From: Sphaerodactylus townsendi | Taxonomy: Eukaryota | DNA length: 64,000 nucleotides | Direction: 5' to 3' | Assembly: GCF_021028975.2 (NCBI RefSeq) | Contig: NC_059428.1 | Coordinates: forward strand, 123,008,001-123,072,000 | Shown here: positions 37,197 to 51,100 of the stretch, piece after piece | How the letters are laid out: every line of letters starts with the position of its first letter | Position numbering within the stretch: the stretch's first letter is position 1 | The notes under the pieces: generated by a model | Told to the model about the DNA's origin: nothing | What the model saw: only the letters and a program-made list of their open reading frames with translations | The model's database searches: none | Program-made: the position numbers and the translations under genes

Positions 37197-37595
37197 GCTA
37201 GTGGTACCGGCCCCAGGAATGTTCAGCTGACATCGACACGGGACAGGGCTTTTACGGCCCTGACCCCAGCCGGTGGAACGCACTCCCCAATGACATCTGG
37301 GCTCTGCGGAGTTTATCTCAGTTCCACAGGGCCTGCAAGACAGAGTTGTTCCACCGGGCCTTTTCTGTCAGGCTGGCTGAGCACCCCTCTTCTTAAAATC
37401 ATCCTCTGGCCTCTAGCTGGGTGCAACACACATGCTTTTTCATGCCTTTGAATATTTTTGCCATCTGGTTTAAACTGGTTTTAATTTTTATAGATTTCTA
37501 TATTTTTTATTTTTTTACACTATTGTATTATGTTTTAATTATTTTGTAAGCCACCTTGAGCCCTTTGGGGGATTGGTGGTATTAAAAATAAATAA
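37197..37595 (+). mobile_element. L2-clade LINE 3' end
   Basis: ggacagggcttttacggccctg...gagttccacagggcctgcaagacagagttgttc; tgtaagccaccttgag...(aaat)n. Confidence 0.75.
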
Positions 37596-39046
37596 ACAGA
37601 TAAATAGCATTCTGCTATAACCAGGTCTTCTGTTTTTTTGGCCCCTCTCCAAATCCTGTAGAAGCTCAGATCTAAGTGTTCCTCAGGTGAAGCCTGTAAG
37701 GTAACTCTGGATATGGGGGGTATTTCTGCACCCATTCTCCAGTGCATAATTTTATAAGTAACAACTATCCGGGTCATTGCTAGGTCAGCCTGAGGACTGT
37801 GTTTCTCTGTCCTGTATCTTCGATCATCCTCAGAGGACCTGCCACTTGGCTTTTGGAATGATATTTGAGAGAACCTAAAAAAAGCAACTTGGCCTGCAGC
37901 TGAGGGCAGCGGTTCTGTGACACAGTTAGGTCGCTTGCCTTCTGTTGAAGTCGACATGTTTAAGTCACATAATCATGAGCAGGATTGTAGCCCTTGGATT
38001 TGTGAGACTGGCTCATTCTTATTGTTTAGATGCATCTTGCTTTGCTTGTTTAGTGATGCTGCCAGCAGGTGTTTACAGGAGCAAACCTGGTAATGGCGCC
38101 TGCAGCATTTAGCAGAACAGGGTTGCAGGGAAGACAGCGCAAGCTGGCAAGCATGAACTCATGCAGTGATCTGTTTTGTCAAGCTGCACTAAGTAGGAAA
38201 GTTGGGCCCTTGGTCTGTCATAGCATGCATGAAGCATGTTTAAAAACAATACTATATGGATTTTATTTTTAAAAATACAGGACATCCACTGAAGTAAAGA
38301 AGGCAAGGAGGGTATATTTGTTTTGCCAGGCTTATTTTTTGGTAGATGAAATCAAGGGCAAGTTGTATAGTCTCTGTTTGTGGGATTGCAAGCCTATGTG
38401 GAGCAGCAAATTCCAGAGACAGTGCAGTTCATGGGTGGGGGGTGGGGGTGCCGCAATCCCCGGCTGACACAAAAACCCCGATGCAGCAAATTGGGCTGCA
38501 CCACACTTTTAGCTGGCCGACAGGGTTTATGCCAGCCGACAGGGCCTTTCTTGGGCTGAGAAGTCACAGGAAGCCAACTAAAGTTGGCAACAACCGCAGA
38601 ATCCACACACACACCCCCAACCCGGAGGACATACCGGCACAGCAGTTGCTTCTGTGCTTGGGTGCTGTGGAGCTGCACGGTGCCCCATTGCTGGCACTGG
38701 TGCCCCTCCTTCCAGTGTACGGGGCACTTGCCTTGGCTACTCTTGTGCCACCTCCATGATACTTACCCCTCCCTGTGAATTGCCCTCATAGTTCTTTAGA
38801 TATGAAGTTATTTCTTCAGTCACATTAATAAGTCAATGAAAATTATCCAAAATTAATTTGTGATTAATTAATACGCCGGAAGAAAGAACCAATGTCCACT
38901 GAGGGTGTGAAAGTAACAGCTCCAAAAAATGAGGGATGACCCAAACCGGCAGCTGAATGTTGAGTTCTTCTCCCTTTTCTCTCTTTTGAATTATCTAGTA
39001 TGATTTTCCTCATGTGTGGTACAGCAATCAGGGTGTTGGGTTAGGA

Positions 39047-39192
39047 CAGTGGTGGTGAACCTTTGGCACTCCAGATGTTATGGACTACAATTCCCATCAG
39101 CCCCTGCCAGCATGGCTAATTGCTCATACTGACAGGGGCTGATGGGAATTGTTGTCCATAACATCTGGAGTGCCAAAGGTTCGCCACCACGG
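39047..39192. mobile_element. Palindromic hAT MITE
   Basis: Exact TSD ggttagga (39039-39046, 39193-39200); near-perfect hairpin. Confidence 0.85.
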
Positions 39193-40123
39193 GGTTAGGA
39201 ACTGAGAGAAATTTAGGTACGGATTCCAACACTGCCATGGAAACTTGCTGGATGTCCTTGATCCAGTCAGAGTTGCCTATCTCACATGGTTGTTGTGAGG
39301 CTAAAACAGCAAGGGCAGGGAAGAGTCCACATACGTGGCCCTGAAATAGCTTCAAACAAAAAATGTACTAGATAGATTGTTGTCATGGAAGGCATGTTTA
39401 CCAGTGGTCATTCAACATTATTGTTTTGGGGGGTTTGCTACACTTGTAAACCCTGTGTAAGGGTAGTATTTTTTCCATAAGGAACAAGCAGCGGATGTTG
39501 CGTAGGGGCTGTCCGGACTGTGTTTTTTAGCTGTTTAAACGCTGCATTCCTCTTCAGTGGGATCACCAAACAGCTTCCTCCTTCCTTCTTTATTTTTATC
39601 CTCACAGCCATGCTCTGAGACTCAGAGTGAATGGCTCAAGTTCAATCAGCAGGTGGGGATGACAGAGTGGGGATTCAAACCTGAGTCTCCAAATCCTAGT
39701 CTGGCTCTTGAACCATTATGCCACCCTGGCACGTATGCCTTTTGTTGGTTAATGCACAATTGAGAGCTGGTGTAGCATTATGGCTGCGATTGTAAACTGG
39801 GAAGCCCAGTACAGATCTGACCTTTACTGCAAAATCTCTGTGTGTTTTAAGGCATGCAATGGCTTATCTGTCTGCCTCCCAGCCCTTCCTTCCTGCCACC
39901 TGCAATAAATTGCAGGGTTGTTGGAAGGATTACTAACCGTGTATGTGAAATCTGTTGAACATGCAAGATGAGTGAGGTGAAGGGTTTTATTTACTCCCAC
40001 AAGGAGATCTCTTTGCAAGAAAATATAACGTGTAAAGTGGTTGGTAACCTGTGCTCTGGGGTCTTGAGGTCTTCATTTTGGACCCTTCTCAAATGTTTTG
40101 AGCAGACTGTGTAGCATATTTTA

Positions 40124-40396
40124 AAAGGTAAAGGTAGTCCCCTGGGCAAGCACTGGGTCATCATTGACCCACCGGGCGATGCCACATCACAACATTTACT
40201 AGGCAGTCTTTGCTTACCAGGTGGTTTGCCACTGTCTGCCCCAGTCATCTACACTTTACCCGTCAGCTCGGTACTCATTTTACCAACCTCGAAAGGATGG
40301 AAGGCTGAGCTGGTTACCTGAAACCAACTTCCGACTCAGTTGTGAACAGAGCTTTTGACTGCAGTATTGCAGCTTACCACTGCACTACAGGGCTCT
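40124..40396 (-). mobile_element. Sauria SINE
   Basis: aaaggtaaaggtagtcccctg is the (ACCTTT)n tail; ggtactcattttaccaacctcgaaaggatggaaggctgag body; cagcttaccactgc head. Confidence 0.85.
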
Positions 40397-41281
40397 TAAT
40401 GTAGCACATTAAAGTACATAAAGTAACAGCATGATTAATTCACCACGCATTCTGTACTATGTAATATTTAGTGGCAGTTCATTTCTAAATAATTGCAAAT
40501 GTCAGCTGGCAAGGAGGTGGATTTCTCGTTTGACCCTCTATGCCACTGACCAGAACGCCAAAGATGAAAGTTCAGGTGGGCACAGTCTTGTTTATCTGCA
40601 GTCCTTAGTCAAGCTTTGTCTTTCCCACTTTGTCCACCACTCTCTTAAGTAACCCTTAATTTTTTGTGATTTATTTTAATGTATGTCTCTCATTTATACC
40701 TTTGGCTTTCTCCCCAGTGGGGGATACAAAGCAGCTTATATTGTTCCCTTTGTTCTGCTGGAGTAGGTGTCTATTGTCTACGATGGCCAAGCCATGTTAT
40801 TGCTCCGTGGCAGGAGGGGGCACCTACAGGGTGAAAATCAGGACCCAGCATGGTGTGGTGGTTAAGAGCGGTGGAGTCTAATCTGGAGAACCAGGTTTGA
40901 ATCTCCACTTGCCCACATGAGCGGCTGAACTCTTATCTGGTGAACTGGATTTGTTTCCCCACTCCTACACACGAAGCCAATTACTCAAAAATACATCCTC
41001 CTGTTTTAATGTTTTTTTATCTCTCCTAGGGCTGGAGAAGTTTACTAGCTGGTTCTGTGCTTTTGGGTTTTGTTGAGTAGTGTTTGGTGTCTTTGCTTTT
41101 GGTGAGGAATTGTGGTCCAAACAGGTGTGAGATATGCCTGTATTGAGTGTTTCCTGTTTGGAAGACTTTCTTTGCACCCTGCAAGAATATTGTTCACTTA
41201 TTTCTATACAGAAATACTTGAATCCTGTGGAGGAGTTCTGGGTGCTCAAGGTAAAGCATGCTGCAGAATGTGCTTCTTCTT

Positions 41282-41560
41282 CCAGCATGGCATAATGGTT
41301 AAGAGCAAGCGGACTCTAATCTGGAGAACTGGGTTTAATTGCCCACTCCCCTACATGAGTGGTGGACTCTTATCTGGTGAATTAGATTTGTTTCCTCACT
41401 CCTACATTCCTGCTGGGTGACCTTGGGCTAGTCTTATGAATGCTCTTAGCCCCACTTGCCTAACAAGGTGCTTGTTGTGGGGAGAGGACGGGAAAGAGGT
41501 TTTAGACTCCTTAGAGGACAGAAAGGTGGGGTGTAAGTCCAAACTCTGTCACTCTCTCTG
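41282..41560 (+). mobile_element. Squam3-like SINE
   Basis: ccagcatggcataatggttaagagc...gtccaaactc; a truncated copy also lies at 40846-40980. Confidence 0.75.
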
Positions 41561-42504
41561 GTAGGGGCAAATGATTGCCCTTTCCTTTCCTATGGTTTGC
41601 TCAATTCCTTCCTTTGCCCACTCCAGTGGCTTTTCCATCTTTTTGGGGTACGGGGAAGGTACAGGGGTGGAACTGGTTGTCATGTGTAATTGAGGTCCTA
41701 GGTGCTAAAATGCAAAGACAGCTTTTATGCCTTTCACATTGTTTAAAGTGAATCTGAACAGGTGTAATTCTTCAGCCCCTTGCGGCATTAGACAGAAATC
41801 CTCCTTCTAGTCAACTAACAAAGGAATAGGAGCCTTTTGTGCAGTTTTTGAATTTAGTTTGCCTAGTGTCTAGTTTGCCTTGTTTGCACACTAGCGAAAC
41901 ATTCTCCGTGAATGTGATATTGCTTATGAATCTGCCTTCCCCTGTGAACACTGTATTAAAAGCTGGCATAATTTTTTATGCAGGCTTCCCCGTTCAGAAT
42001 ATTCTGTATTAATTTCTCTGTGCAGCTTTAAACAGTGCTCATTTGTCATGTATCTGTAAACTTTGCATTTTATGGGACTTCTGTGGGTTCAGTTACTTTT
42101 AACTGGAGGGTAATTTCCATGCAGTTTAGAACTGCATTTCCACAGGTTGAGAAAAATACTTGCTAAGTGCTGTGTGAAACTGTTGCTGTATATTTTATTA
42201 CCTTGGCTCATTAGCTTACTTGTTAAATACATTGCTTCAGATGGAAGTTTTACTCCATGGTGATATGCCTGCCTCAGGTTCCTGCCAATGTTCTGTAGGG
42301 AACATGAAGTTAGGCAAGGGAGATACATGTGCTGGAGAGTTCTGACTCATTATTATCATTTAAAAATGCTCTTCTGGCAAAGATGTATGTATGAGGAAAG
42401 CAGATTATTATTTATATCGGTGTTTTAATACACAGCACACATTCATTCCTGGGCATGTACTTCCTGCCAGATGAGCGCTGTGCTTTGAAAAAGAAGATGA
42501 TATT

Positions 42505-43090
42505 GATTGATTGATTTTACAGTGTTTATAAACCACCTGTCTAATAGAGTCTCAAGGCAACTAACAAGTTAAGCTGTAAACATTTGAATAAAATCTCATG
42601 AATTCTGGTTTGTGGCGAGATGAATTGTATATGTAATTATATGAGTTGATGTGTGATGGAGATTTTATACTGTGATTTATGAACCAGTTTGGTGGCAAAT
42701 CAGTTAATACATAAAATAAATGGAATAAGTATTAAAACACCTAAAGCAGTCTAGAACTCCAGATGATAAGCAACAACATGCCATCCCCTATTGTAGTTCA
42801 GTTAAAAGGTCTTATGGGGGAAAAGTAATTGCATTAATATAGTCCAGAAGGCCTGAAGGGATGGCCAGTTAGGGAATTGTGCAGTTTGGCTGCTGAAAAA
42901 GCCAATTTGATTAAAGCAGGTTTCCATGACGAGGCACCATACAGAGATGTCAAAATCTGGACAGGTTGATATGTATAGAGGTGATCTTTCAGATAAATGG
43001 GACCCAATCCATTCACGTCTTTAAAAGTTAAAGCTAGCATCCTGAATTGACTCCAGAAATTAATTGGAATCTAGTGCTGCCGATTTGGCA
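42505..43090 (-). mobile_element. Old L2-clade LINE 3' end
   Basis: Minus-strand MLALTFKDVNGLGPIYLKDHLYTYQP is the L2 'LTFKALNGLGP.YL.D.L' motif. Confidence 0.7.
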
Positions 43091-43116
43091 AATTTCAGTA
43101 ATGAGTCTTATAGCCG

Positions 43117-43769
43117 TGTTACCCAAAATGGTGGGAGTGTGTTCCTTTTAAAGTGGGGGAATTAGCAAAAGCAGATTTGTTGCTTTAGCAAAAGATTGGG
43201 CAAGCTCAAGATCTTTGTTGCCTGTGTATATCAAGGGCAGCTTTTGCAAGAAATCCACAGGTGAGCAAAATAAAGTTTAACAGTTTTATTAAGGAATAAT
43301 AGGGGTACACAAGCACACAATAATTGAAGCAGCAGAGCACACAGCCAGTCTTAGGACATGAGTAGTGTTGAGGGGATAGGTTTGGAATAGATGAAGGGAA
43401 TTTGGGGAGTATTCACGAGATCTTGGACTAGAAATGTCCAATGGACAGAGATGAGCGACCCGTGCTCAGCTCTGTAGAAGAAAGATCAATGAGTGGACAA
43501 TATTAACAGAGAGGTGTCCAGAGATATTGAACATTGGCTACTGGGAGAAGGAGCTTCTAATAGGGAAAAGGGACCCTCATGGTTGTGCAAAGTGGCCCTT
43601 AATCTCCCAGGACAAAGGGGGAAAGACAAGAGACAGGCATTAACTTTCAGTGTTGAGTGCTTAGCCTCATGGGCTAAGCCCGGAGAGCCCGGAGATGGGC
43701 AGAGTACTGAGTCAATCATAACTATAAATTATAACTAGGAAACACTAAGACCTACCCTGCAGACATACA
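43117..43769 (-). mobile_element. LTR-like element (probable solo LTR)
   Basis: TGTTA...ACA termini; imperfect 4-bp flanks gccg/gcct; shares agaaatccacagg..caaaataaagttta..agttttattaag with the reverse complement of 61480-61530. Confidence 0.6.
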
Positions 43770-45046
43770 GCCTGTACAGTTATTGTGTGAATTTATCCAG
43801 ACAGTGTGTAAAACTGAATAAGCATAGTAGCAATTCCACTTCTTATCTTGGTAATGAAGTCTAGTTCACCCTAAGAAAAGACTGAGTTTATTTTTCTTGC
43901 CTTCCAAGAAAGTCATTAAGGAAGCAAAAAAGGCAAAAATGGAGGACTTTTTAATTGTGAATGGACCTCTGCTGGCAGTAAGAATTCTTTTTTTAAAGTG
44001 ATCATTTTAATACTTGGGAGGGTAAGGGGGACTTTTGGTGGTGACTGTTCATGCATCCTATTTTGAAAATCACTGATCTACGTTGATTTTGTATTTATTT
44101 ATTTATTTATTTATTATTTGTACATACCCCTCTTCATACCTGCATACCTCTAGACAGTTCACACAGGTTAAAACTGGGAGTGGGAGTTGTCGTCTTTTGA
44201 TTAAGGTGAGATGTAAAGTCTGCAATATTCAGATATTCACCTGTCCCTACCATAAAATAGCAGAGATTCTGTTAAATAGTATGATTGGTTTCCTGCAATA
44301 TCAAGAAATTGTAGCATTTTATAAAATGGAAGAGAAATATACATTGCTAAAAATGGTGAACTGGCTTTAGAGATTTTGTATTTGGGCCTTTATATAAACC
44401 TTTTGGGAGCACAGCTGAATGACAGGTCTGTTGAAATGAATTTTGACAGAAGTTGATTAGAAAGGATTGTGTTATGTTGTTTTTCCATATTGAGCAGCTG
44501 AAGGTATGTGTGTGTATCCTCTTCAGAAATGCATATCAAAGCTCAATATTGTATTACCGTCATGAAAAAAGTGTTTATATTCATTAAGCGTTCGCAGTGA
44601 GGGCTATCAGGCTTCTTACAGAGAATGTTTTGACAATATTTGAAGCTTGTAGCTCATACTGTAGTTACTGCTCGATGTTTTGTTTCATTCTAACAGACTG
44701 GGCTTCCATCTGTCTACCTGATGGCATGAATTTTTCCCTATAGCATTAGTTGTTCTTCAAGTAAAAGCATGAATATTAGCTTAGCTGTGTGCTTTATCCA
44801 TAGATGGAATAGAGCTGCTTGAGGAATCAGCATTAATTCTGTAGGCTCAGAGGAAAAAGTGTCCAGCCCAAGATCAGTCCATGAGCTTCACAGATGAGCA
44901 GGAATTGGAACCAGAGTTTCCCACATGGAAACCATAGGTTCCCATATTGAAATCAGATGTTCTAGTTCCTGTCTTACCATATTGGATGAGCTCCAGTGAA
45001 GAATCAAATGGTATATATTCCTGTGCAGTCTTAAGAGATATGCATA

Positions 45047-45492
45047 GAAAAAGAAGAAGAGTTTGGATTTATACCTTGTTTTTGTCAACCGTAGAGTCTC
45101 AAAACAGCTTATGAACTCCTTGCATTCCTCTCCCCACAACAGGCACCTTGTGAAGCAGGTGGGGCCAAGAGAGCACTGAGAGAACTGTGACTAGACCAAG
45201 GTCACCCAGCAGGCTTCAACTGGAAGAGCGCCAAAACAAATCCAGTTCACCAGATGAGAGTCTACAGCTTATGTGGAGGAGTGGGAATCAAACCTGGTTC
45301 TCTAGATCCTAGTCCACCACTCTTAACCATTTTGAGAAATAGGGCCTTCAGATAGCCCAGGAACCAGCAATTCCCATCAAAGCTTCCTGTCAGCAATGGC
45401 CAATTGCCATGTTGGTAGGGGTTGATGGAATTGCAGTTCTTGAACATCTGAGCCGCGAGGTTCCTTTCACTCCCGCACTATACCATGCTGGC
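45047..45492 (-). mobile_element. Squam3-like SINE with a hAT-type MITE remnant near its head
   Basis: gaagaagagtttggatttatacc tail; MITE core caattcccatc...gatggaattgcagttc at ~45350-45475. Confidence 0.65.
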
Positions 45493-45915
45493 ATAGTATT
45501 GTGAATATCAATTTTCCAACAATCTGAGGTCACTGGGGTTTTTTTTGGGGGGGTGTCATGAATATTAGACATGCACACTTATTTGTGTGTAGATGAAAAG
45601 GTGTCCTTCAGGTGATGCTTTCACCCGTGTGCCTTAGATATACAGGTAAGACTTATTTCCTTGTGAAGTCAAATGTCTTTGGGGTAGCTTTTCTTTGTTG
45701 CCAGTCCTGTCCTGCATTCCCAGACAAGCTTATCTTGTACTTTGATTAGTCAAGACCTTCACTGTGGCATGTTAATTTATTTACATTTTGTCTCACATCG
45801 TTGCCTTATATGCAACAGTGTTCAGCATTATTCCCACGGAGTTCTGTAGGATTTAGAACTGCAGTGGCAAGATCTTCTTATTTGGTAGTGGGTCCCATTG
45901 ACTTGGCTGAGACGT

Positions 45916-46570
45916 ATTTATTTGTTCAGTAAACTTTTATCCCACCCTTCCAATACAGGGCAGGTTACATAATATAAAAATGCATCTAAACATTGGTATA
46001 AAAATGTCATCATAAACATGTGAAGTATCTTCTAAAGTATCTTCTAAAAACATACCTAGAAACAATCAAAACCAATCCCCCCAAACCCACTCCCTCCATA
46101 ACCCCCAGGTGTAGGTGGAGGGCAGGTTCCAAAAAAGCCGGTGGTCTGGGATTAGATTAATAAATCAGTCAAATGCTTGGGTGAAAATGGAGGTCCTAAC
46201 CAGGCACTGAAAGATGTATAACATCAGCACCTGTCAGACCTCTAATGGGAGGGTTTTCCCTAAAGTGGGGAAATCCCTCTGTGTAGCCCTCACCTCAGAG
46301 GGGGAAGGGACCGCCAGGACCCCCCAACCCATGACCTCAGCACCTAGGCCGGTCTATATGGCAGAAGGTGTTCCTGCAGGTAGTCTGGTCCCAGGCCATT
46401 TAGGGCTTTAAAAGTCATACTCAACAGCTTAAATTGAGTCTGGTAGTGAACAAGGAGCCATCTGGTAGTGAACTGCAGATCCTTTGGTACTGGGATTATA
46501 TGCACACGGTAGGTAGGGTGTTAGCAGCTGAGCCCCAGCATGCTGCACTAACTCCGGGTTCCAGACCTTC
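45916..46570 (-). mobile_element. Old L2-clade LINE 3' end
   Basis: ggtcccaggccatttagggctttaaaagtc...agcttaaattgagtctgg (minus strand: L2 FKALNGLGP motif); tatttatt tail. Confidence 0.65.
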
Positions 46571-46699
46571 TTTCAGTATTTGACAAAGGGAGCTTTGAAT
46601 CTCAAAAGATTATACCCCCATCTTTTGGTCCCTTAAGTGTTACTGGACTCAAATATAGCTGATACTGGTGTAGTGAGTATACATAGGCTTACTCTCTAC

Positions 46700-46974
46700 A
46701 GCAGTGGCGTGTTAAGCAGCAGTGTAGCTAGAATGGAATCTGGAGGGGAACCAGGTTTTGATTCCCTATTCTGCTGTTTCTGCTGAGCTTGTGGAAGGAG
46801 ACTCATCTGGGGAATTCAGATTAGCCTGTGCACTCCAACACATGCCAGCTGGGTGACCTTGGGCTAGTCACAGTTCTTCTGAGCTCTCTCAGCCACACTT
46901 ACCTCACAGGGTGTTTGTTGTGAGGGGGGAAGGTAAGGAGTTAATAAGCTCCTTTGAGTCTCCTATAGGAGAGA
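46700..46974 (+). mobile_element. Squam3-like SINE running into an assembly gap
   Basis: gccagctgggtgaccttgggctagtcacag...tttgagtctcctataggagaga. Confidence 0.75.
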
Positions 46975-47132
46975 NNNNNNNNNNNNNNNNNNNNNNNNNN
47001 NNNNNNNNNNNNNNNNNNNNNNNNNNNNNNNNNNNNNNNNNNNNNNNNNNNNNNNNNNNNNNNNNNNNNNNNNNNNNNNNNNNNNNNNNNNNNNNNNNNN
47101 NNNNNNNNNNNNNNNNNNNNNNNNNNNNNNNN
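46975..47132. other. Assembly gap (N run)
   Basis: 158 N. Confidence 1.
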
Positions 47133-48023
47133 TGTGTTTGAGTTCTGAACGTATCGGAGAGGTGACTAGACAATGCTAAAAATAAATAAATGGAGAAAAT
47201 AAAATGCCTTCCCACGTGGAGTTCAGAGTTAAGAACTGGTATCATGTCATGCTATTAAACATTATTTTATTTTATTTTTTACTTTTAATCTGCTTTGCTT
47301 CAAGATCTATTGAATGCAAGCAGGCCAGCATCCAGCAAGGTGTGGAAACTTAGAAAGGAAATTGTTGTTGTAATCTGAAGCATTAAATGACTGTAATTAT
47401 CTTCTTTTAAGGATTAGGTGGGAAATGTGTAAAAAAAACCCTAAGGGTTTAGTCAGGAAGCTATGGGCACTTCCATCTCTTAGATCACATGTTTATAGTG
47501 TAATCTTAATTAATTTTTCTTTAATGTCATAGTTTCCCATTATTTTCTAATGAAAACCGAAATACATGAAACCTGAGCTTCTATATCTCCGGTAATGCCC
47601 TTTGAAATTCACAATAATCATCATCATTTCTGGTATAGCTTTTTTTCAAAATCCATTGGGGAAAAATGATATGTCCTTAGTACAATTGTTGTTCGATTAA
47701 TTAACACAGGTTTCAGAACTTAATAGCTAGCCTTTTAACTTTCCTACCAGTGAGACAAAATTATGGGCTGTGCTTCTGCTTTCAAGATGGACAGATTTTT
47801 TTTTTCTGTTTGTTTTCGGTAATTGCATGGGCTTTCGTACTTAATCCACTTGCTCTTAAATTGTTTCTATGACTTAAAGAGGGCTTTAATAATAATAGCA
47901 ATGATAACATTAACATCCCCGTCAATAGTTTGCTAAATGCAAAGCACCATCCTTGACTGAGACAAAAATCCTTAACTGTGGGCTTTAATATCTAAGCATG
48001 ACCTGCCAAAGCTAAAGGAATAG

Positions 48024-48147
48024 CCTCTGAAGATGCCAGCCAGAGATGCAGGCGAATCATTAGGACCAAAAACTGGCAGATCATGGCCACACACCTGGAA
48101 AACCCACAACAGCCAGTTGATTCTGGCTGTGAAAGCCTTCAACAATG
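48024..48147 (+). mobile_element. Penelope-like terminus with degenerate hammerhead motif
   Basis: cctctgaagatgccagccagagatgcaggcgaatcattagg...ggctgtgaaagccttcaacaat (GAAA>GAAT). Confidence 0.75.
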
Positions 48148-48189
48148 CAGTGAACTATAGGACCTGTCCTGCTCCACATATTCAGATGT

Positions 48190-51100
48190 CCGCCCGTCCC
48201 CTCCCCCCTATCCAGGGGGTCACATAAATCCCTTCAGGATCTCTTCCCTGCATGTTCCCATTGACTGGTATAGGCCTGGGAAAGGATGGGCTGCCCCCTA
48301 TAGGGAGAGCCCCTTGCAGTGTCCCAATAAAGCAGGGGAGGGATCCCTTGTCACCTGCCCTAGCTATTCACCAGGAAATTACTCCTTCTCGGTCACACAG
48401 TGAAAAGTAGGAAGGAGAGTTCTCATCAGAGGAAGAAAATACGATGGAAGAGCAACCAACTAGATTTTTTAATGGGGAAGATTATCAGTCTCTGTTGGCA
48501 AAAGCCATCATGGCACTGGATTGACCCAAGAAGTCTGATTGAGGAGAGAAAGTAAAAGGGGGGGGGATCCAGGCCCTAGGGGACTGAAGAGTTCCCCCCC
48601 CCCCCAGGGTTGCCATCCTCAGATAGGTCTGTCTCCTTTCTTGAATACTTCAAAAGTGTGGTCAAGGCAGAATGGACTGAACCATTGGCTAACAGGCCGT
48701 TTCCTAAAGCTAAACAGAAATTTTACTCCTTAGCCCTATATGCTTTGGAAATGCGTACAGTCCCACTAGTAGATGGCCCCAATGCTATACTGCAAATCAT
48801 GGGTCTGCTATTGGAGGATGAAATGGAATCCATAAAAGATTCTCTAAATAGAAAAGCTGATTATACCTCCAGAATATCCCATAATGTTTCGGTATTAGCC
48901 ATAAGAGCAGCAGGCACAGCAGCTCTCCTCTCTGGGCCCAAAAACTGAGTTGGTTAATTCCTAGTGACAATAGAAGGACATCAGAGTGAGCGAGTTGTAT
49001 CATTAAAACTGTCACCTTTTTATTAGATGCATCACTTGACACTAGGACCTTTGATGCTCACTCAGTGGCCATGGTAGCAATAACACAAGGTACACTCTAT
49101 GGTTGAGGACATATGAAGACAATCGATAGTGATGGCCTAATACTTTCAAGGAGGCAGACTTTTTGAAGACAAGCTAGATATGATCCTAGTGAACACCACA
49201 GAAAAGAAGACTTTGCCCAGAAAACTATAGAAGGATGACAGGAGACCTTTTTGGTCAACTCCTTTTGCTCCTACCACACATTATCTTGGACCAGACACAA
49301 CCATGGGAGATCTCAGTGGTCAAGAAGTAGAGGATCCTTTTGCAGAGGTCCACAGTTCAAAAGGTTGTCTCAGTTTCAATTCTACCACTCTGACAAGAAT
49401 GACGGACTGATCAAGCAAGGGAAACAGCCTCTAGGAAGATACCCACCAGGTGTATGTACAGTTCTTCATGGAAAGCTTTTGTGAGATGGTGGTAGTGCAA
49501 GCATGTGAACTCGTTAAACCCTGGTGTGGTGACTCTTCACCCATGGCCATCAAGTGTGATATCCACTCTTTCTCTAAATCAATATATAAGTGCCAACTGA
49601 TGTTTGTTCCCTTAATTGTTCCCCATATGGTAGCTGCCACCAGGAATATAAATTCCAAAAAAACCCAACCCTTTGACTCCTTTTGATAGTGTGTATGAGC
49701 TTATAAGGCAAAGATGGCCCTGCGTGGTCCTAAGGATGGGATTCCAGTGTTTCTTTGAACAAAGTGAGATTTTATTTAAAACGGATAGGTAACTTCAAGG
49801 TTTCAAGGAAAACATTTAGAAATAAAATCAAACTGAGACAACCAATGCTTTGAGGACTTTACTCAACATGAATCCACTCTGACACTTTCTGACAGTTTCT
49901 CTCTCATAGTTCTCTCAGACTCTGTTTTGATTTTGTCTAACAGTTTATTGAGGCACTGACTTTCTCTGTAGACCCTCTGCCTTTCTGACTAACTCTCTCA
50001 CTGAGCTTTGACAATGCATGACTTCTCGTTATCGTTTGCTCACACAGAGCTTTGGCACTCCTCAACTTGCTCTCACAGAACTTTTACTCATTTGGTCTTT
50101 TCACTCAGAAGCCCTAACACATTCTGCCATTCTCACACAGAGCTTTAAATCTGTCTGACTAGAGTTTTGACACTCCCAGTCATTTCACTCTGAAATCCTG
50201 TCACCTTCTGCCAGTCCAGCACAGCCCTCCCACATGCACACTCTAGAATCAACCAATCGTATTGTTCTCATCCCCCTCTCACTCCCTTTCTCTCTTCTAC
50301 TCAGCTATTAGTTTAAAGTCCCACAAACACACACACATACACACATTATTATGCCCAGGTTTGGGCTTACATTTAGCTTTTTTTCCAAGATGGGACCCAT
50401 CAACAGCATAAGGTGTCTATGCTGCATTGTCAGATAGTGGCCATAGCAACTGTCATTCCTCAGATAGCAGGCATTCCTCTGACTAGACATCCTCACATTC
50501 TCCTGCTTCAAGGAACAATTCAGACCAATTCACCAGTCATCCATAGATTTCCCCCTTGAATACTACATGCAGTGTTATTGGCTCTTCCCACAAGTCCCTT
50601 TTGAACCACTAAGAGAGCTTTCCTTTGACTGACTGCACATGAAGAACTTATTTTTTAAATGTCAGTGACTTCAGCTCGAAGGGTCTTGGAACTGGAAGCC
50701 CTATCAGCCAGGAAAGGACTCCGTGTTTTCCATAAAGATAAGGTGGTGTTTGGACCAGATGCTACCTTTATCCTCAAAGTTAACTTTCTTTTCCCCCAAA
50801 GGAAATACATTTGCTTGCCGTCATTCTGCCCTCAGCTAAAACATGCCAGAAAAAGAGTTCGGCATACTTCAGGCTTACATAAGGCACTTTGTATATATAT
50901 TTGTTAAACAGAAACCGTCTAAAAAAATAGTTTGTTGTTCATTTCCCTCACAGCCTCGAGTACCTCAAATCATTGGCTAACAGACAGTTTCCTAAAACTA
51001 ACCAGGAATGCCCCGAACAATGCCCCAGATCAGCAATCAGCTACATAATTGCGTGGTGTCCTCTCTGTCCCATTGCAGTTTCGCCACTGCCTAACACATG

